From the IMG/VR virus record IMGVR_UViG_3300022562_001969, positions 22,115-86,114 of that record: 64,000 bases of DNA, one strand, 5' to 3'. Shown one piece after another: positions 55,199 to 63,472 of this stretch. A program made the position numbers and the translations under genes. The number at the start of each line of letters is the position of its first letter. Position 1 is the first letter of the stretch. The DNA is from a virus. The notes under the pieces are model-generated. The model did no database searches. It saw only the letters and a program-made list of their open reading frames with translations, and was not told where the DNA came from.

Positions 55199-55784
55199 CC
55201 GGGTTAACCGTCGTGTATCCTTTCACATCCATACTTCCCTGCACATTCAGATTGTCGGTGAAGAGGCCGTGATGTTTGCCTAATAACTCCAGGGCTTTTT
55301 GGGCGTCGTGGAGTTCGATGATAACCCGCCCCGCCACTTTGCCATCCTTGCCTTGCTTATAATGGGCCGTGACCTTTTTGACCAGCGGTGAATTTTCCAT
55401 CCCGGCCAGATCGGCCGGCGTTAATACGTTGGCGAATTTGGCCATATCCGCCCGGGCCTGGTCCGATAGCCGGGCGAGAACTTCGCCGGGCGACATATGG
55501 CGTTCCCGGAAAGCCGCCAGGGCGATGGCGTCATCAAGCTCCTTTTGGCGGCCGATACGGGCCTGCCAGTGATGGTTATAACTCCACTTGGTTAAAGTGT
55601 TTATTTTCAAAGTGGGCGGCTTTTTTGCTAACCCCCCGCTTTCCGCCCGCTGACTGTATAGTTTACCTAATGATACCAATGACCGGCCCGGCCCCATCGT
55701 CCAATAGTCCACCAGAGCCGCGTGGGCCTTGGCGCTTTCATTGGCTATTCGATTAAGGGGCGCTTCCGGGTCAAAGTTGGTCAT
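55167..55784 (-). CDS. terS: Terminase small subunit
   Basis: IELHDAQKALELLGKHHGLF; position. Confidence 0.85.
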   Translation of the reverse strand: MTNFDPEAPLNRIANESAKAHAALVDYWTMGPGRSLVSLGKLYSQRAESGGLAKKPPTLKINTLTKWSYNHHWQARIGRQKELDDAIALAAFRERHMSPGEVLARLSDQARADMAKFANVLTPADLAGMENSPLVKKVTAHYKQGKDGKVAGRVIIELHDAQKALELLGKHHGLFTDNLNVQGSMDVKGYTTVNPDDWDDDTDNS

Positions 55785-57009
55785 TGTTCTTTAGGGGTGA
55801 GCTGATTAGTTGCGGAGTTTCGCCGGTTAGATCGGACCAGCGCTGCAGGGTGACGGCCGCATAACCGGGGTCTATCTCGATGGCCCGGCATTGGCGGCCC
55901 AAGTTTTCACAGGCGATGAGAGTAGTGCCACTGCCGAGGAAGGGGTCATAGATAATTTCGTTGGTTTGGGTGGAGTTATTTATTAAAGAAGATATTAAAT
56001 CTAAGGGCTTTGTGGTTGGGTGCAAATCACTTTGAATAGGTTTATCAAACTCCAGTGTTGATGTTTGAAAACCCCCGTAAAATTTATGTGTTCCGTCTTG
56101 TCGCCAGCCGTATAATATAGGTTCGTGTTTGTATTGGTAATCACTCCTACCAAGAACGTGATTATTTTTAACCCATATTAATTCGTGTCTTACTTTCCAC
56201 CCTGCGTCGCCAATCATCATCATCATCATCATTTGGTCGCCACCTTGACAAGCAAACCAATAATATGAAGCGGTATCGTTGCTTGCCTCTAAAGCGTTCT
56301 TTGCCGCAAGATACCATAATGTTTTCATATCATCCATAGACTGATGATCGTTCTCAATGCGTTTTTGAATACGCTTGCCAAGGGCAACGCGGTTCAAAAA
56401 CGCATTTTTATCGGCATAGCTTACGCCATACGGGGGATCCGTTAAAAATAGACTCGCCCTATCTCCCCCCATCACCCTCTCCACCACCGCCCTATCCGTA
56501 CAATCCCCCACTATCAGCCGGTGGACGCCCAACTGCCACAATTGGCCCAACACTGTCCCCCATTCCTTTTGCAACTCAGTCGCCTTATCAATCGGTGGCG
56601 GCGTATCCTTTGGCGGCTCCGTCTTGAGCGCCCCCACGCTCCGCAAAAAATCCTCATCAAAGCCCGGAATATCTAGCGGCGCTTCTACCCGGCGCAGCGC
56701 TTCCACCAATTGGGCCTCATCTATCCCGGCCATATCAGGCAAGCGAATGTCGGCCAGCATAAACGAAACCGCTTTCGCCTCGTCCCAGTCCGAAACATCA
56801 ATCGCCCGCAATGTCTTGACGCCCGCCTGTTGGGCGCCCTTTCGTAGCCCATGCCCGGCCAGGATGTACCCCCGCCAGACGACAATATTTTTCACCTGCT
56901 CAAAGGTAATCAAACTCTGAGCCAGGCCCTTTATCTGGCTCTCCGGGTGCGTATGCGGGTTTTCAGGATGATCTAGCAGCTCATCGACATTAACCGTTAT
57001 CGCTTGCAC
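55771..57009 (-). CDS. ParB-N + DNA methyltransferase
   Basis: HPENPHTH...ILAGHG; TDPPY; HPTTKP; DPFLGSGTT. Confidence 0.93.
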   Translation of the reverse strand: MQAITVNVDELLDHPENPHTHPESQIKGLAQSLITFEQVKNIVVWRGYILAGHGLRKGAQQAGVKTLRAIDVSDWDEAKAVSFMLADIRLPDMAGIDEAQLVEALRRVEAPLDIPGFDEDFLRSVGALKTEPPKDTPPPIDKATELQKEWGTVLGQLWQLGVHRLIVGDCTDRAVVERVMGGDRASLFLTDPPYGVSYADKNAFLNRVALGKRIQKRIENDHQSMDDMKTLWYLAAKNALEASNDTASYYWFACQGGDQMMMMMMIGDAGWKVRHELIWVKNNHVLGRSDYQYKHEPILYGWRQDGTHKFYGGFQTSTLEFDKPIQSDLHPTTKPLDLISSLINNSTQTNEIIYDPFLGSGTTLIACENLGRQCRAIEIDPGYAAVTLQRWSDLTGETPQLISSPLKNNDQL

Positions 57010-57081
57010 TCAACCGTCCTCGTTTTGACAATTGACAATTGACAATTGACAATTAACAATTGACAATTGATCTCCAATCTC

Positions 57082-57294
57082 TCATTGATGACACCCCATC
57101 ACCCCTACCGGCGCATTAAGAATTTTGACCAACTCCTCGCCTTCGACCCGGTAAACCGCCCCGTTGACGATCCCCACCTTCACCTGACCATAGCTGGTCG
57201 ATACCCAGACCTCATCGGTGATAAATAGCTTGTCCGGGATGTCACTCAGCTTTAGGTGATGTTGGCCGGTGTTGTTTTTAATCTCGATTTTCAT
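57082..57294 (-). CDS. Hypothetical protein flanked by TTGACAA tracts
   Basis: 70-aa ORF. Confidence 0.5.
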   Translation of the reverse strand: MKIEIKNNTGQHHLKLSDIPDKLFITDEVWVSTSYGQVKVGIVNGAVYRVEGEELVKILNAPVGVMGCHQ

Positions 57295-57378
57295 CTTTCG
57301 TCATCAACTCGGATTGATAATTGATAATTAACAATTGACAATTGACAATTATTAACAATTGACAATTGACAGATGTGG

Positions 57379-57618
57379 TCAAACATCGTCGTCCTCATCC
57401 CGCTTCTGGCCGTGCCCGTTCCCATTCCGGCCCAGCCAATTGAATAAATGCAGCGTCCACAATAACATCTTTTTCCAGACGGTCACATTGCTCCGATCCA
57501 GCCAACCGGCAAAGTGGTCAACCCAAATGTGCAGCCGGGACATAATATGAATGTCCGCCCCCACTATCGGTTTAATAATCATCCGTTTTATCGGTCGCCA
57601 TAGTTTTTTCAGCATCAC
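57379..57618 (-). CDS. Hypothetical protein
   Basis: 79-aa ORF. Confidence 0.45.
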   Translation of the reverse strand: MMLKKLWRPIKRMIIKPIVGADIHIMSRLHIWVDHFAGWLDRSNVTVWKKMLLWTLHLFNWLGRNGNGHGQKRDEDDDV

Positions 57619-58144
57619 GCCCCCCGCTGGAGTTATTGGCCCTGATCTCCTTCAGGATAAAGGCCTGTATTTCCTTAACCTGGTGGATTACCTCTTTTAA
57701 CGCCGCCATCCGCTCAATGATCATATCGAGCTTGGTGCTAACGATCTCGCGAGCAAACGTGTTGGCGTCTTTTAGCTGTGTCTGCGTCTCGGCGGTCATC
57801 ATGGTTAATTGCTCCTCGGTGAAAGAGAGCGAGCTTAACTGACTCAACTGCTTCAGTTTAGTCAGGTTCATCTCCTCCATGCGGACGGCCTGATCGTGTT
57901 CCTGTTGGTCTTCCTTCAATTTGGCGTGATTTTTGAACGTGTCTTTAATGGTCTGGGGGATGATTGAAGCCAACTGAGATTGAAATAACTTGGCCAGGAT
58001 GACGGCCAGTAGCGAGTACTCCGGCCAATTTTCCTGCACGCGCGTCAAAATCTCGTCGATGGTATCCTCCGCCGTTGCGTCGGGGGCGGCGCTTGCCAGG
58101 ATCGCCCCCAACGCAACAAAAAAGCGCTTACAACCGGGGATCAA
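57572..58144 (-). CDS. Membrane-anchored coiled-coil protein (start uncertain)
   Basis: YSLLAVILAKLF hydrophobic segment followed by coils. Confidence 0.55.
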   Translation of the reverse strand: MIPGCKRFFVALGAILASAAPDATAEDTIDEILTRVQENWPEYSLLAVILAKLFQSQLASIIPQTIKDTFKNHAKLKEDQQEHDQAVRMEEMNLTKLKQLSQLSSLSFTEEQLTMMTAETQTQLKDANTFAREIVSTKLDMIIERMAALKEVIHQVKEIQAFILKEIRANNSSGGRDAEKTMATDKTDDY

Positions 58145-58207
58145 TCCGGTTTTGGCAAGCGCTTTTATTATTATTTGGATTATAGCACAGAAGTTCTACT
58201 AATTCAA
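58118..58207 (-). promoter_or_regulatory. Late-operon promoter followed by a terminator
   Basis: TTGAAT-17-TATAAT with TG (58207-58179); hairpin AAAAGCGCTTG...TAAGCGCTTTTTT (58166-58118). Confidence 0.7.
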
Positions 58208-58351
58208 TAGGCTGGCTGATTTATCGGATAGACCGGCTGATTTCGACGATAGACGATAGACGATGGACGACCATTGACAATTGTCAATTATCAATTATCA
58301 ATTATCAACGTCTATCGTCCAATGTTCGCGCGCGAACATTCCCCCCACTTC

Positions 58352-58380
58352 TTGACCTTTTCCCCAAACCGATTTATAAT
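58352..58380 (+). promoter_or_regulatory. Promoter of HEPN copy 2
   Basis: TTGACC-17-TATAAT, nearly identical to 4555-4583. Confidence 0.8.
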
Positions 58381-58391
58381 GGAGGCCAACT

Positions 58392-58488
58392 AAAAAGCGT
58401 CGAGGCCTGGCAGTGTCGCAAGCACCACCAGACCTCTAACAAGCACAGTAAGGGAGACTTACCATGCAAGCTGACCATAATTGTAACA
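58392..58488 (-). ncRNA. Putative cis-antisense RNA over the start of HEPN copy 2
   Basis: TGtTACAAT 58488-58480; hairpin GAGGTCTGGTGGTG...CACTGCCAGGCCTC followed by GACGCTTTTT. Confidence 0.55.
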
Positions 58489-58943
58489 CCCCCCTATCAT
58501 TTGACCAATTTATAAAGCAACTCATTATCAGTTGTCCCGATTCCGATTCCGAGATCGCCATCGGCGGCGCGGCGCTGCTGGATGAGCAGCTCTACCAACT
58601 CCTGGCGGCCAGCCTGCTGGGGAGCCAGACCCAGATCGACAGCCTGCTAAACCTGGCCGGCCGCCGCAAACAGTTGGCCTACTGCATCGGCCTGATCAGC
58701 CCGGCCGAATTTGAGGAGCTGGGCGCAATAGGCAAAATCCGCAATCGCTTCGCCCACGACTTCCCCCGGCCCACCTTCCAGAGTAACGCCATCCGCCACC
58801 TGGTCAGCCTGTTGGCCAACTATCACGCCGGGCTGGTGGACGGCCTCGACCGGCGCGACATTTATCTGGGCGCCGTCCGCCACATGAGCAACCGGTTGGC
58901 GGCTCGCCTGGAAAGGGTCCGTCGTATCCGGGGCGTCGGCTAA
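58464..58943 (+). CDS. MtlR-like / HEPN-family protein (copy 2)
   Basis: DSEIAIGGAALLDE...KIRNRFAHDFPRP. Confidence 0.8.
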   Translation: MQADHNCNTPLSFDQFIKQLIISCPDSDSEIAIGGAALLDEQLYQLLAASLLGSQTQIDSLLNLAGRRKQLAYCIGLISPAEFEELGAIGKIRNRFAHDFPRPTFQSNAIRHLVSLLANYHAGLVDGLDRRDIYLGAVRHMSNRLAARLERVRRIRGVG

Positions 58944-58968
58944 AAAGCGGGCCGAGTCTGGATAAGGG

Positions 58969-59517
58969 CTAACGAGCGCTAACGTCGAAAATAGCATCAA
59001 ACAAATTCCCGGCTCTACGCAGAGCTCTTCGGTCAAAAATAGCCTCGCGCAGATCGGTCTGGTACAAATCAGCCCCCCCCAGCTGGGCCTCGCGCAAAAT
59101 AGCCCCACGCAGATCGGCTTTGCTTAGGTCAGCCTGATACAAATTAGCCTCGCGCAGATAGGCCTCGCGCAAATTAGCCCCACGCAGATCGGCTTTGCTT
59201 AGGTCGGCCTGATACAAATTAGCCTCGCGCAGATTGGCCCCACGCAGATCAGCGCCATGCAAGTCGGTCCTCCGCAGATCGACCCCCCGCAAGTCGGCCC
59301 CCCGCAAGTCGGCCCCACTCATCGACCACAGCGGGAGCAATCTTTTTCGAACCGCCCAGCCCAGCCACTGCCGCCACAGCGGATCAGCCAACAGCCACCC
59401 CTGAGCGGCCGCCGTCCACTCAACATCCGCTGTCGCCTCCCCCACGGCGGCGGCAAAGGCTGCCAACGCTTCCGGGCACGCGCCTACCGCTTCTAATTGT
59501 GATAAAGTGATAATCAT
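58969..59517 (-). CDS. Pentapeptide repeat protein
   Basis: A(D/N)LxG/E repeats. Confidence 0.92.
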   Translation of the reverse strand: MIITLSQLEAVGACPEALAAFAAAVGEATADVEWTAAAQGWLLADPLWRQWLGWAVRKRLLPLWSMSGADLRGADLRGVDLRRTDLHGADLRGANLREANLYQADLSKADLRGANLREAYLREANLYQADLSKADLRGAILREAQLGGADLYQTDLREAIFDRRALRRAGNLFDAIFDVSAR

Positions 59518-59567
59518 TAAAATACCTCCTGTGCTTAAAAAATATCCGGTCGTCTATCGTCCATCGT

Positions 59568-60086
59568 CTATCGTCCATCGTCGGCCACCCCAATTATTTT
59601 TGAGGCTAATTTTTGGGCATAGGCAAAGGGGATGACAATCCCATGCGTATTGTAGCCCTTGCTCTGACTTTTGCTTGTAGCTCGTTCAGGAAACTTAGTT
59701 TTCAATTCAGCGATCTTTTGGCGCAGATGTTCCGGTCTGAAAACTAATATCATTTTATTTAACAAGGCGGCGTACAAAATCCAATCGGCCTGGCAAGTAT
59801 ATACCCAGCCCGGAGTGCAGGGGCCATCAACTGAAACAGTCTCTAAAAAAATATTCCCGGTGTAATAGGTCTGTATCCCCGACTTGTACTCGACGAAATA
59901 AATATCCTCTCCTTTGCTGAATATTCTATCGCCCAGACACAACACCCTTTCTTGATATTTGGAGGTTTGAACGATATCGAATTCGTCGCCAAAAAAGTCG
60001 TCCAAAAAACGCTCGACATCTTTCCCATTTTTAAATTGGTCGCTTTGCACAAACCAATCATCGCCCATTTTTAGCCAGTTCCCCAA
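59568..60086 (-). CDS. PD-(D/E)XK-like phage protein
   Basis: GDRIF...VEYKS...TGNIFLE. Confidence 0.6.
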   Translation of the reverse strand: MGNWLKMGDDWFVQSDQFKNGKDVERFLDDFFGDEFDIVQTSKYQERVLCLGDRIFSKGEDIYFVEYKSGIQTYYTGNIFLETVSVDGPCTPGWVYTCQADWILYAALLNKMILVFRPEHLRQKIAELKTKFPERATSKSQSKGYNTHGIVIPFAYAQKLASKIIGVADDGR

Positions 60087-61182
60087 ACATAATCCGTTCA
60101 GGTAGCAAGCGCCAACACAACCAGAAGACCGGAAACTGGGCGCTAGAGTTCCAGCCCTTGCGAGGCATTTTGAAATCGACCCTTTTATCTAACAGCATCA
60201 TTTCAAATCCATATTGCTGCAAAAGTTGTTGGGCCGTTTTTGTGCCCAACATTTCAACAGGGACCAAAAGGGCGAACGGTTTACCTAATTGGTAACATCT
60301 CTCCAGCCATTGAAATTTGATACTGAAGGGGGGATTGGTGATCAGGCAATGCCAGTGGACAGGTTCGTACTCGAAAAAGTTCTGGCCGGTTTGAATGTCA
60401 GAGGCAATAACTTGTTCCGATTCAAAACCGCCATCATATAGGGCCTCAACCAGACTAAGCTCGCCAGCCGCCGGTTCCCATATCGTCCAGCCCGGATCAA
60501 GGCGCGAAATAAGCGGGTCAAGCGCATAAGCAGGGGTTTGACAGCCGTCATACCCTTGAGGGGTGTATATATCAACCGGGCGGCTGGCCCGCTCATCTCG
60601 TTTGTAGTTATAGGCTCTCTCAGGCTGAGCCACTATTTTTTTTGCTTCCGGGATACTAATTTCACCAGATTTTACTTGCTCAAAAACCTGGGGGGCCTCG
60701 CGCTTGAGGCGCTTGGCGTCTGAAACGTAGCGGCCATTTGCGCCTACGGCGGCGGCGGCCTGGTCGCGGGCTTGACCCTTTTCGGTTAAGGAATTTTTTC
60801 CTTCACCGAAGACAGGTTCGCCATCTTTTGACTTCCCTTGTAACTGTGTGGCAACCTGTCTCTCTTTCGCCTCAGCCGCAAAAAACGGCTCGAGTTCTAC
60901 CGCCAGGGCCGCCTTTTGCCCGCTGGTCAAATGCCGTCTATGCAAATTAAGGGACACGACAAAGCTAACCAGACTGCCTTGCCCGTCCCAGGTTTTATAT
61001 CTTGGCGCAACCCCTACTTTTTGACAGGCGTTATACCGATTCCGCCCATCAATAATCTTCCCGTTGGGATGCAGCCAAATAGGTTCCAATAAGCCATTTT
61101 CTAAAATATCTTGACAAAAATCGTCAAATTCATCCCCTTGCAATAAAGGAAATAAATTCGCTACCTCGTGAAATTCTCTCAT
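60058..61182 (-). CDS. ParB-N + adenine methyltransferase-like fusion
   Basis: FHEVANLFP...IIDGRNRY...NLHRRHL; WEPAAG; ITNPPFS. Confidence 0.88.
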   Translation of the reverse strand: MREFHEVANLFPLLQGDEFDDFCQDILENGLLEPIWLHPNGKIIDGRNRYNACQKVGVAPRYKTWDGQGSLVSFVVSLNLHRRHLTSGQKAALAVELEPFFAAEAKERQVATQLQGKSKDGEPVFGEGKNSLTEKGQARDQAAAAVGANGRYVSDAKRLKREAPQVFEQVKSGEISIPEAKKIVAQPERAYNYKRDERASRPVDIYTPQGYDGCQTPAYALDPLISRLDPGWTIWEPAAGELSLVEALYDGGFESEQVIASDIQTGQNFFEYEPVHWHCLITNPPFSIKFQWLERCYQLGKPFALLVPVEMLGTKTAQQLLQQYGFEMMLLDKRVDFKMPRKGWNSSAQFPVFWLCWRLLPERIMFGELAKNGR

Positions 61183-61233
61183 AATTACCTCGCCATCGTC
61201 CATCGTCCATCGTCCATCGTCCATCGTCGGCTG

Positions 61234-62226
61234 TCAATCGTCCGTCGCCGTCCCCAGCCCCTCAACAAAAGCCCACGCCACCGCCGGCCGGATAGCGTAC
61301 CGCAGCCGGCTGTGCGCCCGGCGACAAACCGCCTCGAGCTGGCCCTGGTCGATCAGCTCATAGAGGCGCCGGGTGGTCAGGCCGGTGTGGCTGGCCACCT
61401 GGGCCACCGTAAAACAGCCGGGATGGGAGACGCTTTTCGGCCTGGTCAATGGATCACGCCGCCCCAATCGGCCCGCCCGGCGCAGCGCCCCGATCTGGGC
61501 TGTTAGCCGCTTTTGCCGGGCCTGATAGCGGGGAAACCGCTGCAGATAGTCGTTCAAGCGCCCCTCGCGCTTAACCCGCATATATTGGGCCACCGATTCG
61601 CGCTCCACCAGCCAGATCCCCTGTTTTGAGCCCAGGCAAGTGGGCAGCTTCCAGGCCCGGATCACCCCGGTTTGCAAATAGCGACTGAAGTGCGTCTCTG
61701 ACAGGCCGGTCAGGGCCATCCCCTCTTTTTTGCTGATCACCTCAGTCTGATCGAGGGCCTCCAAGATGCCCTCCTGATCGAGCAATCGCTCCCGATAATC
61801 GACCAGAAAGCGGGCCAACTCCGCCAGGCTAACATAGCGCTGTTTGCCCGCCCGGCGCGTCCGCAATAGCCCCAAATGGTAGGCCTCATCAAGGGTGTGG
61901 TGTTCGGCCAGCTCGCCCGCCAGCCGGGCCGCCTCATAAAGGCTGACCTCGCCGGCTTCCCCTTGATAGGCCCGGATGGCGAGCTGGCCGGCCCTGACAT
62001 TGACCGAGGCTTTAGTCCGTAACGCCTCCGTCACCCCGGTCTCCCGTCGTAACACCCGGCTGACCCGCTCAACCACCTCAGCCAGCGGCAGCCGGCCGTA
62101 CCACTGCCGCAACACCGCCTCCTGCGCCGGCGACCAGGCCCAGCGTTCCCGCGCCGCTCCCTCCGCCTCAAACTCGGCCAACAACGCAGCCAGATCAGTC
62201 GTCAGTCGTCCATCGTCCATCGTCAT
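61234..62226 (-). CDS. Multi-HTH (excisionase-type) DNA-binding protein
   Basis: Three HTH_17-like units, e.g. FTVAQVASHTGLTTRRLYELIDQGQL. Confidence 0.7.
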   Translation of the reverse strand: MTMDDGRLTTDLAALLAEFEAEGAARERWAWSPAQEAVLRQWYGRLPLAEVVERVSRVLRRETGVTEALRTKASVNVRAGQLAIRAYQGEAGEVSLYEAARLAGELAEHHTLDEAYHLGLLRTRRAGKQRYVSLAELARFLVDYRERLLDQEGILEALDQTEVISKKEGMALTGLSETHFSRYLQTGVIRAWKLPTCLGSKQGIWLVERESVAQYMRVKREGRLNDYLQRFPRYQARQKRLTAQIGALRRAGRLGRRDPLTRPKSVSHPGCFTVAQVASHTGLTTRRLYELIDQGQLEAVCRRAHSRLRYAIRPAVAWAFVEGLGTATDD

Positions 62227-63077
62227 TTCCGCGCCACCACCTTCCGCACAATCGCCCGATTCTCAAAAGCCGAGTTAAAGGCCTCCTCAGCCAGCTCTAC
62301 ATCAAACGCGGCCAGGCTATCGGCGCAGCGCTCAAACAGGTCGCCATTTTGCTGGATGACACCCACCAGCAAGGAAAGTAATTTAGTCACCACCGTCGCC
62401 TCTGGTTTCTGCGGCGGCGCTTTGGCCGTCCCATTTCGATAGTGGCCATTTTGGCCCCCCTGCGCGGCCGCTATCTTATCCACCAGCCCCTCGATAGCTT
62501 TCGTTTTCTTCCCCTGCAACCGGGGCGCCAGCTGTTCCTGTATCCCGGCCGGCAACTTTTGCAAATAGCGGGCCGCATTAATAGCCATAGCCCCACTGGC
62601 CACCTGTGTTTGAATAGCCGGCGGCCAGGTCAGAAACTCCAGCCGGGCCCGCAGTCGTTCTTTATAGATCCCCAGCCGGCGGATAACCTCCGCCTCACTC
62701 AGGCCTCGATCCAGGAGAGCCTGATAATACTTGGCCTCCTCAATCGGGTTGAGATTCTGGCGCTGGATATTTTCCACCCCCATCAGGACCAGGCGTTCCG
62801 TTTCATCCCCTTCAATTTCGATCACCCGGCAGGGGAGCAACGGGGCCTCAGCCCCCAGGCTGGCCGCCGCCCGCCACCGGCACTCGCCCATCACAATCTC
62901 ATAAGGCGTCGCCCCCCCCGGCGTCGCCCGCACCGTCAGCGCCTGCAACACCCCATTGGCCTTAATCGAGGCCGCCAACCGCTCAATCTCCGCCTGATCA
63001 ATTCCCCCACTCCGCACCACCTGATTGAGGGGAGAGGGGCTTAAAGCCGAATAATGCAAATTGATTGTATCAGTCAT
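62223..63077 (-). CDS. ParB/RepB/Spo0J family protein
   Basis: LAASIKANGVLQAL, YEIVMGECRWRA, ENIQRQNLNPIEEA. Confidence 0.93.
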   Translation of the reverse strand: MTDTINLHYSALSPSPLNQVVRSGGIDQAEIERLAASIKANGVLQALTVRATPGGATPYEIVMGECRWRAAASLGAEAPLLPCRVIEIEGDETERLVLMGVENIQRQNLNPIEEAKYYQALLDRGLSEAEVIRRLGIYKERLRARLEFLTWPPAIQTQVASGAMAINAARYLQKLPAGIQEQLAPRLQGKKTKAIEGLVDKIAAAQGGQNGHYRNGTAKAPPQKPEATVVTKLLSLLVGVIQQNGDLFERCADSLAAFDVELAEEAFNSAFENRAIVRKVVARK

Positions 63078-63110
63078 ACAGTCTAACCCTCTTATTATCA
63101 AAAGACTTTT

Positions 63111-63395
63111 TCAATCGTCCATCGTCCATCGTCCATCGTCGTTCCCCCGGTCGGACAAACAGCCCCAGCCTACCCCCTCCGCCTGCCAGCCCAGGGTCTG
63201 CTTATTTTTTGCGGCTTCAGCCAGAGCGTCAAACTCCGGCGCTCTGGTCGCTCTGAAACCGGTGTAAGCCACCTTATAGCCACACTCCTGAGCGGCTATA
63301 GCCAAATCGCTGATAGCCTGGCCGCGTGTCTCGGCGGCTACAATTGTTCTATCGCCCTCTCCCCAGCTGGGGATAACCACACTAAAGGCTTTCAT
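63111..63395 (-). CDS. Hypothetical protein
   Basis: AGGAG RBS; IVAAETRGQA. Confidence 0.6.
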   Translation of the reverse strand: MKAFSVVIPSWGEGDRTIVAAETRGQAISDLAIAAQECGYKVAYTGFRATRAPEFDALAEAAKNKQTLGWQAEGVGWGCLSDRGNDDGRWTMDD

Positions 63396-63472
63396 TGATT
63401 ACTCTCCTGGTCAAAAGGTTCTTCCCATCGTCCATCGTCTATCGTCCACCGTCTATCGTCCATCGTCTATCG

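Noticed and set aside
56215-56232. (ATG)6 poly-Met in the methylase as a phase-variation tract
   Set aside because: A triplet repeat keeps the frame, and Met runs occur at this position in similar phage methylases
59040-59320. Long direct repeats suggesting a DGR template or array
   Set aside because: They encode the pentapeptide repeats; no reverse transcriptase is present
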